Assembly: GCA_010015805.1 (NCBI GenBank)
Contig: ML978121.1
Span: 2,356,001-2,420,000 of the forward strand
Length of the DNA: 64,000 nt
From: Rhizodiscina lignyota
Lineage: Eukaryota
Reading direction: 5' to 3'
Positions within the stretch are counted from its first letter, which is position 1. Every line of letters starts with the position of its first letter. This document shows positions 46,986 through 59,564 of this stretch, in pieces. Below the pieces are notes generated by a model. The model made no database searches and was not told where the DNA came from. It worked only from the letters and a program-made list of their open reading frames with translations. A program made the position numbers and the translations under genes.

Positions 46986-49213
46986 ATGTCGACAGATTAC
47001 AACTACGATGAACAGGTACGACCGCATACATCGCCACATCAAATACATACTGATCTATCTAGGGACAATTCTTCCCCTACTTTGTCCTCGTCATAACCTC
47101 CCTCGTCACCCTTCCCACTACTTGGTCCGTCTTGAAACCAAGCAAAGGTAATGCGCACACGACAGGACGCCACGTCGCATTTCACACACTGACATCTTGA
47201 CTATCAGAGCTCGAGAATACCGCCCCGCGGATACAATCAGATTTCAAGCCCAAAGATGCAGACCTCATCGAGGGACAGCGGCGGAAGCAGAAGCGGAGGG
47301 AGCGCAAGTTGAAGCGCATGCTATTCGCTCTTGGCGGATGGCTGGTGATGGCGTACATGGTGTACCTGATAATTGTCACGGCGGCGACAATACCGAAGAT
47401 CTGGGATCCATATGAGGTGTTAGGTATTTCAATGAGCGCGGACGAGAAATCGATCAAAAGCCATTACCGCAAGCTTTCCCTCACAAAACATCCGGATAAG
47501 GTGCGAATCGACCCAGCGAAGAACGAGACGGCAGAATCGGTGAATGAAGCATGGGTGGAGATCTCAAAGGCGTTTAAGGCGCTTACAGACGAGGAGGTTC
47601 GAAACAACTATCTGCAGTATGGACATCCAGACGGAAAGCAAAGCTTCAGCATTGGCATCGCGCTGCCGAAAATCATTGTCACAGAAGGCAACGGCAAGTA
47701 TGTTCTGGTGCTGTACGCGATTGCTTTCGGTATCCTATTACCATGGCTCGTGGGCAGCTGGTGGTATGGAACGCAGAAGATGACAAAAGACAAGGTGCTC
47801 ATTGCAAGCGCTGGAAAGCTGTTTCAAGAGTACGATGGCAATATTGATGAAGGCGGCGTGATTGCGGCTTTGAGCACTGGCGACGAATTCAAGGACATGC
47901 TCAAAGGCGCGGAGGCGGAGAGGGGAATGGCATCCATTGAGAAGCGCGTCCTCTCTGAGACAGAAGGCGCTCTATCGGTGCGAGAAATGACCCTCAAAGA
48001 TCGCGACAAGCTACGAGACCTGGACGAAGGTGTGCGCCGAAAGGTTCTTGGTCTACTCTGGGCCTACCTCTCCCGCACGGATCTCGACGACCAAAAGCTC
48101 AACGACGAGAAATTTGAAGTTGCTCCGATCGCTCTTGGATTAGTCGAATCCTTCACATCCATCTCCCTCGCATTCATGAACGTCCAGCCCCTCCTTGCAG
48201 CGTACCGTACTTCGCAAAAGCTCATTCAAGCCACTCTTCCTAATGCCTCTCCGCTGCTCCAGCTTCCTCACTTCACCCCCAAGGTCGTCTCCGCGATTGA
48301 AGGCGAAAACAGCCGCACTCACTTGACTATTCAAGGCTTCATGGGCCTACCAGCCGACGAACGGAAGAAGCTCGCAACTGGTCCAGGTCTGCTAACCGAA
48401 TCACAATACTCTGAGGCAACCAAAATCGCCAAGCAACTCCCCGTCCTGAAGATCGAGAAGGCCTTCTTCAAGGTGCAGGGTGAAAAGTGCATCATTCCAA
48501 ACAGCTTGGTTCAGTTCGTCGTCAAGGCTCGCATCATCCCGCCCGGCACCGTTCCTCCTCCAGTCGTTGAAAAAGACCTGGAGGATAAGGATGAGGCGGA
48601 GGAAGATTCCCCAATCAATGCGGAGAAGAAGGAACAAGAGCGCATCCAACCTCCGGTCGCACACGCACCGTACTTCGCTCGCGACCATTCACCGCGCTGG
48701 TACATATTCCTCGCCGACGCAAAGCAGGGCAAGATCGCCGTCCCGCCCTTCACCTTCTCGACGTTCGACAAGCCGCTGTTCGATGACAATGGCAAGCCGA
48801 CCTTCAACGTGCAGACGCTGCGCATGCAGTTTGGCGCCCCGCCGGGCCCGGGAAGGTACACTTTCAGCATGAATGTGGTGTGCGACAGCTATGTCGGGAC
48901 AGACATCAGAATGGACGTCGTGATGGTTGTGGAGGAGGCGAGCAAGGCGGAGGAGATGGAGAGCGAGGAGGACATCAGTGAGCCTGATGAAGGTGAGTGC
49001 CTGCTACTACTGAAGACTTGAGATCAGTCGCTAATGAGCAACACAGACTCTATTGCCGGCCAAATGCAAGCACTGAAGACCGGTGGTGCCCCACCGAAGA
49101 AGAAGAAGGCGCCGGCACCGAAAGACGACTCTGACGACGACGAGAGTGATACTGAAGGTGACGCGGAGAGCGAGAGCGAGACTGACACGGAAACCGACTC
49201 GGATAGCGAGTAA
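46986..49213 (+). CDS. SEC63: ER translocon J-domain protein Sec63; 4 exons (46986-47015, 47063-47147, 47208-48992, 49047-49213)
   Basis: MSTDYNYDEQ|GQFFPYF start, three TMs, J-domain WDPYEVLG...HPDK, YGHPDGKQS, Sec63/Brl domain (LLQLPHF, CDSYVG) and acidic C-terminal tail. Confidence 0.97.
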
Positions 49214-49694
49214 GGATTGGGAATTATGCATGGTCTGCATGGCGTCGTAAATGGCTTTGGAAAAAGGACCGATGCATGGGCGGCGTTACGAGCGTTTTCT
49301 TCTCCATTTGCGACTTGTTTCTCACCCCCGTAGGCCAATGTTCGCAACAGTATGCGCATAGCAGACAATCGGACGACTTAAGTTCTTGACAGGTTGTGCG
49401 TCATAAGTGTATCTGTGACAAGCCGGGCGAAATCGAAGCACAATAAATGCTACGTCGTGAGATTAAGACACGATCCTGACACAATCCTGACATGAGCTTG
49501 ATTCAAACTCAGGAGAGATATGTTCAATCACTCATCGAATACATTCACAACTGGCGTGGTCTTGGGCACTCAACCGCTCTTTGGTTATTGAGTACTTGAT
49601 TAACTATGGGAGCCATGGAATAAGATACAACGCGATTCTCCGCGAACTATTCTCTGCAACATCTGGTGTACTTGATATTAATATATGCTGATGG

Positions 49695-49910
49695 AAAAAC
49701 ATTTCCCTCCTTCGAGTCTTTCAAGCAAAAGAGCAAACGTGACAGAAACCCTCACCGGGGCTTTCGGTAGACCGTGCCTTGTAGTGCTTAACTTCTGGCA
49801 ATACACACTGACGAAAATGACATCTCCCTCTTCGAATCTTTCAAGCAAAAGAGCAAAAGAGACAGAAAACTCCCTCGAGGCTTTCGATAAACGGTGCTTT
49901 GTGACGGTCA
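49695..49910. repeat. Imperfect 120-bp tandem duplication between SEC63 and the F-box gene
   Basis: tcttTCAAGCAAAAGAGCAAA at 49721 and 49841, with similar flanks (gacagaaa..., ggctttcg..., gtgc.ttgt). Confidence 0.85.
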
Positions 49911-49930
49911 AACGCTTGTCGCTGCGATTG

Positions 49931-51460
49931 TTAATACCGAGTGCCGCATGACGCTCTGAGGCGTTTGATCAACTTCCTCAATTCAGACTTTACGTTCTTC
50001 GATAAACTTATGCACTCCAGTTCTGGGCATACATGCGATTTCCCGTACTCGCTTTCCGGCTGGTCGTAGAGGTGCTCATCAATGCCGTGTAAGGTGAGTG
50101 TTTGCAGCCGCATGGCGCCATGCATGTACTGGAGACAGGGGATGAAGGAGCCCTTGATGGCAAGATCGACTAGTTCCACATCTCGAAGCGTAAGCTTGCT
50201 GTTGGAGAGAAACTGAATTATGGTGGACGGCTCGTAGAATGCAGCACGGCATCCGAACGGTCGGGATTCATAGCAATTCCACAGCCTCAAGGTCACTAGC
50301 TTCTGGAACTTTGTCTTTGACACGATATTGTTGAAATATCCGACAGATGGAGTATTGAATAGCCAGAGTCCCAGTTCCTTCAAATTCGTCGCGGATTGGA
50401 GCATTTGAACTAAAGCTTCGGACTCCATGTCGATTGTCGCGCGCATAGAGAGGTGTTGGAGTGAACGCAGTTGGTCTTGAAGCAGGTGCCGATCCTCGGT
50501 CGATACCGAGAGAGCCTCACAGCCGAAGAACTTTTCGAAATTGACAAGCAAGTTCTTGATCCGCGCTTTGCTTGCAATGAGCAGAGCAACCACAAATCTT
50601 GCTGTACGGGACGGATGAGTCATTGCCCCGTCCTTGAATAGTAGTGGCCATTCGGTTTTGATATCCCAGTCACGATCGGTTTCCCCCAAGGACTCATCTT
50701 CATCGCCCTCGCAGTCGCTGTCATCGCAGTCGCTGTCATCGCAGTCGCTGTCATCGTCGAATTCAAAGTCTATGAAGTCGTGCTCGCCGACTGGCATCTT
50801 TAACTTTGTAAAATCAATGTCCGACTCATCCTCCATATCATCTTCAGTTTCCAATGGCTTGATATCATTATTGCGCTGGCCAGTCGAGGGTACGCTGGTT
50901 TCGGAAAGGTCGTCGGCTTCAGAATTTTGAATCGGATCGTCGAGCTCAGGCAAGATGTCACCTGCAATGAGGCGAAGCTGGCGGAGTTGATGCTCACATG
51001 GATGCACAGTGGACAGCTGGACAAGGTCCGGGAACTTGGCCAACGCATCCGCCATCAATCGAATGTTTGATCCGGTTGTTGTCAGCCATTGTTGATCTTT
51101 CCAATATTGCAGGAACACGTCGGAATCAATATTGCATTCCAAGTCTTCACCGTATTGCCTCCGCAAGCCTTTCCAGTGGACCGTATCTTCATCATATCGT
51201 AAGCAATGACTTGCCAAGTCAACATTTCGAACATAACTGCGGAACGTCTGGTGGCGAGATATCTCAACGAGTTGATCAATGCTTCGCTTGATGTAGATGA
51301 AGACGAGTCTCCACTGGAAGAATCTCTTTCCCACAGTCCGAAGTGTCTTCTCATTGAGCTGACGGCATGTCAACCGAAGGTTGAGAAGATCAGCATTGGT
51401 CGTTTCATCCGCGATTTTTTCGAGAAGTTCGTTCGGGAGTGAAGTGATCCCGCCCGCCAT
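49931..51460 (-). CDS. F-box domain protein (509 aa) with acidic insertion and LRR-like C-terminal region
   Basis: N-terminal ITSLPNELLEKIA...DLLNLRLTCRQL F-box; LxxLxL repeats; intronless; 15-nt microsatellite (CDDSD) at 50709-50756. Confidence 0.88.
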   Translation of the reverse strand: MAGGITSLPNELLEKIADETTNADLLNLRLTCRQLNEKTLRTVGKRFFQWRLVFIYIKRSIDQLVEISRHQTFRSYVRNVDLASHCLRYDEDTVHWKGLRRQYGEDLECNIDSDVFLQYWKDQQWLTTTGSNIRLMADALAKFPDLVQLSTVHPCEHQLRQLRLIAGDILPELDDPIQNSEADDLSETSVPSTGQRNNDIKPLETEDDMEDESDIDFTKLKMPVGEHDFIDFEFDDDSDCDDSDCDDSDCEGDEDESLGETDRDWDIKTEWPLLFKDGAMTHPSRTARFVVALLIASKARIKNLLVNFEKFFGCEALSVSTEDRHLLQDQLRSLQHLSMRATIDMESEALVQMLQSATNLKELGLWLFNTPSVGYFNNIVSKTKFQKLVTLRLWNCYESRPFGCRAAFYEPSTIIQFLSNSKLTLRDVELVDLAIKGSFIPCLQYMHGAMRLQTLTLHGIDEHLYDQPESEYGKSHVCPELECISLSKNVKSELRKLIKRLRASCGTRY

Positions 51461-54400
51461 TCTGAATTGCCTCTCCAGGCTCGGCTCGAGTTAATGGGAG
51501 ATGCAATGTGATGAAATATTCGATGATTGGCTGCTTTGAAGTGGAGAGGTGAAGGAGTAAAAGAGTTCAAGGTGTGGGAGAAGAATATTGGAAGGGGGCG
51601 CCAAGAAATCAGGCAGCGCAGCAGAACTCGAGGAAGGAGCGACCACCAGCGCAATGACAGAACCTCATGACGAATTGTGTACATTGAAACGCGTGCCATT
51701 ATTCGACTGAGGTGATTGCGCTTTTGATAACATCAAACGAGCGTGAGAGCGCAATCATCTTTTTGAGCCATGCCGGATGGTCGCGAGACTGCGCGGCTCG
51801 AGGGTGACCAAATGACTTCCCGACAGCTTCAACACGCAAGATGCATACGCTCTTCCATAAAGAGAACTCGTGTTCGGTGAAGCAGTGCGATATAAGCGCT
51901 CTCTGAAATATGTCAAACTGAGCTTTAAGAGATGCTCTCAGCTGGCTTGAAAGCAAACCTCATCGTTGCTGCCAGCCTGGCCCCTTTCCAACACCAGCGA
52001 GATTAACACTCTTATCGGCTTCGCGGGTGCTTGAGATTCAGAACATTGACTTTCCGCGAGAAGCAAAAGACGCGCAATTGATTGAATTTAAAGACAAGGG
52101 GAATTTCTCTTACCATCTAACAAACCGCGAGTTACGATGCGCTTCTATCACCGAGCTTCCATTCACAAGTCTTCACATCGTGTTTACTTTTTGTCTCCAC
52201 AACGACGAGCGAGTCAACAGCGACAGCCCATTTGTTTTGCCAGCCGATGATGATGTATCGGAGCTTGCTCCGAGTCATTTCATCACCGGTTACACATTAC
52301 GTCGCACAACATGAAGCTTTTGTTAACTCCTTGCGCCAATGCGCCTGAGGCTACACAGCAGCTCGTCAGGAGTCAGGCCCGTAACAAGGCGCCCCCTCCC
52401 ATAAGTCTCGTCCGGCGACTGAAATGCCAGCGGGAGCGCGGTCCGGGTCGTTTCTCTCTCCCCTCTTACCTTTGCAGCGGTCGACGAGGTGTGGTTACAC
52501 AAAACTCGTCCAGGGACAGCATTTCGAAGGAGGGATCGGGCGGGTTCGGCTCGCTGCATGTGCTGCCAGCATGTTGCCATGTTTCTGATTCCCGCCCCGT
52601 AAGGTGTGCGCCACTGGTGCCACGCCCTGGGAATTGCTGCGCGATAGGCGCTGGAGTCGGGGTTGGACATCAATCGCCGAGTTGCGATTGCTGCCTGGGA
52701 CAAGTGATTGCGATTATCCAAAGCGTATTTACTGGATACGAGATACGCGCGATTCTGATGAACCAGCGAACGAGAATGCGCCGGAAATTCGTGGAAAAGA
52801 GTGTGGGAATACAGCTATTGGGAATACAGAACTCGGAGAAAATGGCGCTGGTGATTTGACAGGTCGTCGGTATGGTTCCACGTGGTCGGGGAGTGGTCGT
52901 CGCGTGAGGCCACTTTCCTTTTTGCGGCCAGAATGCACGATGGAGGTCATCTTAATGATGAATGTGTGTGGACGGCAATTTTACTTTTTAAGGTTGTTTT
53001 CGAGGCGGGATTCTCGAGATGGAGGGGCGGGTGAGTACTGGATCGCAGATCTGGAGGATGGCAGCACGAATTGTGCTTCGTATAGGTATGTGATTGTATA
53101 CCTTCTCTTCTAAGCTTCCCGTCAGATGACTTTGTTCGTGCGAGTGGGAGTATCACAGGCAGCAGGATTATAGTGGGCGCGTTGTTCTTTTTTCCGTCTT
53201 CAAGGCGTCGTGCAGCCTCGGTTCTCTTCATTCGTGTATGCTGTGAATGTTGAGATGATGTTGGGGCTGCTGAGGCTATCAATGGAAGAGACGGGAAGGT
53301 TTCGAGGTCTGAGACACTTGAGACAATGGCACAAGATGATGCACCCTGCCTTCCCGAGGCTGTCTCTGGAGCGCTGGGCGTTACCATTCGAGGACGGCTC
53401 ATACGAGCACCTGGAATGGTACATTGGTACTTATGTACGCTCAATATGTGCTCACGAAAAAGTTGGAAGAATTACCGGAGCGATTGCCCCACCTGGAATG
53501 TAGGCACGAAGTTGGTCAGAACCGAACCGATGAGCACGGTCTCCCTTCAAACGACGATCTCGAGCTCAGTCCGCGGTAGGCCGCGCCGTAGCGCAGAGCT
53601 TAAGTTAATGACAGTCCCGCGGCTGCTTCCCTCGAGTGTCTCGGAACGAGTTTCGGTCGCTCACAATGAACTGCGTGCGTAGGGAGCTTCCTTCGATGCT
53701 CAGGAAATGGCAACATGCTGACTGCATATTCACATCATCAGGTTAGAGGCGCTTTGAAACTAGCGGCAGCGCCGGGCATCCGAAGTACCAGCCCCATCGC
53801 TCATGAAGCAATATAAAGCGTTCAGGCAGACGCGGAATGGGGGCATCGCTGCACTCTAGAGATTTGGCTCAGGTGTCGCAGCACAGGTGTGGCTGGCGAT
53901 CGGTCTCATTCGTTCCCAAAGTGCATGCCGGGCAGCGGGTGCCGTTCCGTCGGTAGTGGACGCGCATCCGGGCATGCAGCTGCGGCTTGGGCAGCGAGTG
54001 GAAGTGGGAGGAGGATGGGGGGTCTGCAGAGGGGGTTGTGTCCGCGAAGGGTATGGCGCCTCCCTCGCAGCAAGCGTCCGGGGACTTTGATAATCGAGGG
54101 CTGCAGCTATAGCTGCAGGAGCAGCAGTGCGAGGCTGGGATCTGGGTTCAGAGGCGTTCTCCAGTTTTCCGACGTTCGAGACAGGTGCTGACGCTGTGTG
54201 CACCCTCGGAGACTCGACGTATCTCTTCTCACCACCTACAGAAGCGCTGGCGGCGTGGATGAGGTGTAGGGTGCTTGCACGCGCGACATGGCAACGGGCG
54301 GACGACGGACTACATATCTGATGTTTCAGCTGCTGGAGCCGGGGCGTGGAGACGCGCAGCGCTGTGAAGGAACGTCTGGACTGCAGTAAGGGCCGATGCA

Positions 54401-56049
54401 GACGAGCCGAACGAGCGAAAAGCGGGTCTCGTCAACTCCGGATCGTCGTCCCAAGATTGAGAGTCGCAAGGCTGAACGAACACTGGACTCGCACAAGCAG
54501 CCAAGGCTCGCGGTGGAATGCAGCAACGTCGCTCGCCTGCCGTGCGCCAGCACGCGAGAGGCTCCGCGAGCAGGCGCATGGAAAGCACGACGAAGAAGCG
54601 CTGCTGGCAAAGCGACGCTACACACGTCCACTGTATCTCAGACCGGTGAGCAATATGGGTCTCTGAACTGGGCCAGGATGATCGCCAGGATGGCGCGCAT
54701 GGAAGAGCAATCAGCGGCCTGCACGCTCAGACGAACAGCCGCCAGGGCGCATCGTGCTTGGGAATTGGGGCTGCTGGTACTTCCGCAACGGCGACAGCGC
54801 ATCATCCAACGTCGCGAGGGCTAATGGGAGGCTCAAAGGACGTTGCACCTCTCACATGTGTCGCCCGAGACGGCGCTGCTGGGAGCGTGGGAGGAGGGAG
54901 GAGGGAGGATGACGGCGGGCAGAGGGAGAGCCGGTGATACAGTGCCTCTCTTATTAACAAGCAGCGGATCATGATCCAGGGCAGCATCGCTGCTGCAATC
55001 GCGCTCTCCCCGCCCTTATCCCTATCCCTTCTGCTGACACTGGCACTGTGCCGTGCGTCTTCCATCGGCGTGCGTGAGTTGATCAAGCCATTGCGACGCC
55101 TCAGCAGTGCGCCGAGGCGATCTCCACCGCGTCACGACGGAGCAGACGCTATCGCCCATCTGCTCCATGCCCTCGCGAGCCCTCGCGCTCTGAGGCTGGC
55201 GTGGCGGCGATTGGCTGAGGCGCACGAGGCCGGGTGGTGGGCATCACGCACGCGTCCCGAGCGTCGCAGGTCACTAAGAGCAAGTTGCTTGGCCTCGAGC
55301 AGCACCGCTCGCCCTCCACCAGCACCCGCCGTGCGACGGCAATTGGCCGTGTGCCTCGACGCTCCGCCCGTCTTTTCTACACCACCACGCCAATCAATCG
55401 GCTGCGTTCCAACGCCCGTTCCCATCCCATCCATTCCCAAGCGCGCCCAAGTGCCGGTGCTTCCAGCTATACGAGCATCAGCCGCTGCGCACAGTTATCG
55501 CTGGCGCTGGCCCGTTCGCCTGCCATCCCACAACGACTATCAGCTCGCTCTCCCCGACGCGGTCGCATCCAGGCCAAAGCGCCCAGTGCATTGCGAAACT
55601 CGCCGCTCTGAAACATCACCACCACAAACTCCGTCCCTCGCTGCCTTTTTTTCTCCGCCCTATCACCACCATTGCTGCCCGTCTCCTCCTCCTCGACCAC
55701 TCGAGCGCCTGCATGCGTCACTGCACGCCGTTGCGCTCGTTTTTCCTGAGCCGCCCATTTGCGACGCCCCGCCGACTCGACCACTGACTCGACCTTTCAT
55801 CGCGACAATTGAACGCAACCACCGAAACCACTCTCGACGACGTCAACCCCACGCGCTGTTGACGCAACGCCGCAATTAAGCGTCAGTTCCATCGAGCATT
55901 CCGTCTCTCAAGCATTTCGCGACGAACTCGAACTTCTCCGTCCATACTTCACCCCAACGTCACGGCGGAGCTTGGTCGAGACCAACTCTTTGTTCGCACC
56001 CACCCCACTGGCACAGAAGAGCTGGAGGACAAAGCAAGAATTAGGTGTC

Positions 56050-57852
56050 ATGGCCGGCGGGCCGAGTCCCAGCAGTACGAGTCCTCCGGATACTAACAGT
56101 CCCTTCATACCCGGATCCTTCTCCTCCAGCGCCTCCTCTCCTCCCTCACACTCGTCCTCAGGCGCGAATCTTCTCTCGGCCAGCGCACTTGTAGGCGCGC
56201 CGGGATCCCTTTCGGGCGCGTACAATCGCGCCTCTATCAGCCCAATCAATGAACGCAAGCCCGCGGACAAGCAGATGGCATCGCTGTTAGGCTTTGGTTC
56301 GAAGCTGGAGCCGAGCAAGAGCAATCCCGAGATGGACGCCAATCCAACAATCTTTATACGCAAGCTGCCGCGCAATACTGGCATTGAGGCACTGCGCAGC
56401 ATGCTCCTCTTTGCAAAGGACCTGATTGACGTCGACTTTGTCCCGGCGGATATTCCGGACGATCAGAATTACGCCTCCGCGATTGCGCGATTTCGAACAC
56501 TCACTGGTGCGCATGAAGCAAGAGATAGGCTACATGGCAAGATCAATGCTGCGGGAGATGCCACCATGCTTGTGGATGTCTATCAGCATGGCATCATGGG
56601 CGCATTTGGCGGCAGGAGGAATACGATGGACTTGGGTGTGATGCGCAATGCGCCGACGGCGAACCATTCCATGCCTACAACGAATGGAAACGGTAACCGA
56701 CAGAGCTCAAGGTTCAATGGGACATTCCAGAGTCTCGAGAGACGCTCTCCGCCGAGTGCCAACGACCCGTTTCCCCCAGACTTGACTTCTCATAACATTC
56801 AGGGCCTCTTCTCACCAAAGTCGCCACTCGGATCTCACTACGTTCCCAACAAAGATAGTTACACTTCCTCAAAGGCAATGATCAACGACGATAACGAAGA
56901 CGATACGGGTAAGATTCTCGCTAATCCCGTCGAGTTCGCTATCAACGGAGAGACAAATCACAATATGACTTCCGCCCGACGTCCAACACAGCCAAATGTC
57001 TCTTCCATGAACTCCAGCCTCGCGGGTCTGTCTCTCAATACCAAGAGCCCTGGAGCGCAGGCATCTGGTAGCTCTGCTCCGATGAATAATTTCTCTTCTA
57101 CTCGCGCAATGTCGAACCTCCAATCGCCGGCCTCTGGCATCTCTCCGCACACCACCATACCTTCTGGCCCCCACCAATTCCAGGGCCTGTCCAACGCTGG
57201 CACGACAAATCATTCTTTCGGAGGGGGGCCTTATGGCGGACGCCACCAACTGCCGCCGGTCAACCCAGCCGATCAGAATCCGCCTTGCAACACCCTTTAC
57301 GTCGGGAATCTTCCACTCGACACGAGTGAAGACGAGCTGAAGGCCATGTTTAGCAAACAGCGCGGCTACAAGCGTCTGTGTTTCCGCACAAAGCAGAACG
57401 GACCGATGTGCTTTGTAGAATTCGAGGATGTAAGCTTTGCGACCAAGGCACTCAACGAGCTGTACGGCCATCCGCTCCACAACAGTGTCAAAGGCGGGAT
57501 AAGGCTTTCATTCTCCAAGAACCCTCTTGGTGTGCGAACTGGACAGTCTGGCCCTAATGGCGGCCTCTCTGGCCCAGGCGGACTTGGTATGAACAACATC
57601 CCGGCGCCTCCTGGTTTCAGCACTGCGAACGGTCCGCCTCCAGGGCTCTCTGCACCGCCCGGCCTAACGAGTTCCATGAGCGCAGGAAGTGGAATGGGAG
57701 GCAGCTCGTTTGGTGGGTGGGGCACGCACATGGGCGGCTTTGGCGCACCCAGCATGCGAACTCACAGCATATCCAGCAGTATGGGAGCGAGTGGGAGCGG
57801 CGGTAACTTTCCTGGCATGAACGGCGACTACGCTTACATGATGGGCCGCTGA
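56050..57852 (+). CDS. WHI3: Whi3/Whi4/Scw1-like RRM RNA-binding protein
   Basis: C-terminal PVNPADQNPPCNTLYVGNLP...KRLCFRTKQNGPMCFVEFEDV...GGIRLSFSKNPLGVR is characteristic of the family; a degenerate N-terminal RRM (TIFIRKLP) is also present. Confidence 0.93.
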   Translation: MAGGPSPSSTSPPDTNSPFIPGSFSSSASSPPSHSSSGANLLSASALVGAPGSLSGAYNRASISPINERKPADKQMASLLGFGSKLEPSKSNPEMDANPTIFIRKLPRNTGIEALRSMLLFAKDLIDVDFVPADIPDDQNYASAIARFRTLTGAHEARDRLHGKINAAGDATMLVDVYQHGIMGAFGGRRNTMDLGVMRNAPTANHSMPTTNGNGNRQSSRFNGTFQSLERRSPPSANDPFPPDLTSHNIQGLFSPKSPLGSHYVPNKDSYTSSKAMINDDNEDDTGKILANPVEFAINGETNHNMTSARRPTQPNVSSMNSSLAGLSLNTKSPGAQASGSSAPMNNFSSTRAMSNLQSPASGISPHTTIPSGPHQFQGLSNAGTTNHSFGGGPYGGRHQLPPVNPADQNPPCNTLYVGNLPLDTSEDELKAMFSKQRGYKRLCFRTKQNGPMCFVEFEDVSFATKALNELYGHPLHNSVKGGIRLSFSKNPLGVRTGQSGPNGGLSGPGGLGMNNIPAPPGFSTANGPPPGLSAPPGLTSSMSAGSGMGGSSFGGWGTHMGGFGAPSMRTHSISSSMGASGSGGNFPGMNGDYAYMMGR

Positions 57853-57869
57853 GCTTCTCCACTCCCGAC

Positions 57870-58950
57870 ACAGCATGGCTTCTTCCCTTCCTAGCGTTCA
57901 CCAACGCAAGCAAAGAAAGATGATCAACTGTCGTTTTCGGTCACCACCATCGCATCGCATTCTCTGGGCGCGTTCGAGCACAAAATCTCTCCATCATTGC
58001 GGCGGCGTATTGCATCCCCCTCCCGTCATTTCCGGCATCTCCCCTTTCAACTTGTGCTTGTTTTTTCCTTTTTGTTGGTTTGTTGCGCATTACGAGAGGC
58101 ATGTAGCATCTTGCATCTGCATGGCGCTCTAGCATACATCATACTTGCGAATGATTCCCCCTAGTGCGATTTTTCTTTCACGTTCTTGCTTACTGTTCTT
58201 CCATCGGGCTTTTTTATTGCGGAGTGCATTGCTGCTGTTATGCATGCTGCAGCGGGAAAGGGTGCACTGGGTCTGCTGTCTCTCTGTGCTGAGCGTCTGA
58301 AGCAGCGCAAAAGCGGGCGCAGGAGGAGTTTGCTGGGCAGTGCATCGTCGAAGGATTGCAGTGGGCTTCATCTGGGTGGATTCTTTTCCCTTTTGCAAGC
58401 CATCTCGCGATTCTCATGGTTTTTCTGAGCGTACCTGTTAGACTATCTGTCCTTACTGGCACATATGGGTTTGTTGTGTTGGATTTTTGCGAGGATATCA
58501 TGTGGCATGGAATCGGAATCACGCGAAATGGGATTTTGAACACTTTCTGCGGTGGCATCTTGACAGTTCTGCGATTTACCTTTCCGTCGATTCTGACGGC
58601 GATGGGCAGAATCCTGGTTTTTCTACTTCTTCGCGCATGCGCTTTGCGGACGACGGTTTGTCGAGATCACGACATTGCATCTTCCAATGTCGTGCCCGCC
58701 TCGACTCAACGCCGGCTCTGGGTGCTGCTTTCTTCAGACTTTACTGCTTTGATCCCCTTTTGTTTTAAGTTCTCTCTTAGTGGTTTTCTTTGGGCGCGAT
58801 ACCACCTAAGAGGCCTGTATGTTCTGGGGTCCTACTCGCACTGTCCTTACTGCATATCGGGAGGTGTTCGGGGAGGTGCGATTTGCCAGGCGTTCCACGG
58901 ACCTCTAGCACTGGCTGGGGGCTTTCATTTTTGGCAGAGAGCTAGCATAG
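57870..58950 (+). promoter_or_regulatory. GCAU/UGCAU-rich putative 3' UTR of the WHI3-like gene
   Basis: About 20 GCAT tetramers by hand count in about 1.1 kb, six of them in 58087-58135. Confidence 0.45.
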
Positions 58951-59564
58951 CGGGTAATCTGATATGATTTCATACGGTTTCCTCTTGCCTGGAACTGTGT
59001 CCGTTCTCCTTTTGCTTGTGAATGCCTTGCGATCATGATGAGGTTGGCTCAGGCTGGATTCTAGCCAATCAGAAATTTGGTGGTCCAAGCGTCTTCCCCA
59101 AATTTTGGAGTCGGATGGACACTGCTCTGATTCTTCATCACGCGCATGCGGACTGTCGAAAGACCCGAAAAGCTTAATGCGAAGGACCGCCTCAACTTAC
59201 TACTGGATTCCGGTCGACAACCGACACGTTCGTCGTTTGCAGACTCGTCGCAGGAGATTAATACTTGGGTGGCGGCTCGCGCCCTCCTGGGCGCTTAGAG
59301 CAGAGTGCCGCTGGATGAGAGATGGGTATTTTGGAAGCCTGAGCCGCTGGAGAGGCCGGATGCATGAGGGCAACTATGAAAAGCGCCTTATCGCTACCTC
59401 TTTGCTAGTCCTCTTGTTGCTCTCGTTTTCTCGTCTCTTTCGTTTGGGCGGTTGGGTCAATATTCTTAATTCCGTCTTTGCATTTTCCTTTCATTCTCTT
59501 GACCTGCATTCGTTTCTTAATCCGTTTTCCGGTTTCTGGGAGGATCCATGTGGTAATCTACTTA

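Noticed and set aside
52027..55879. ORFs of 100-302 aa upstream of WHI3 (e.g. 54971-55879)
   Set aside because: Low-complexity translations of a GC/C-rich promoter and leader with no domain; the 54971 ATG ORF could be a uORF but this cannot be supported without the TSS.
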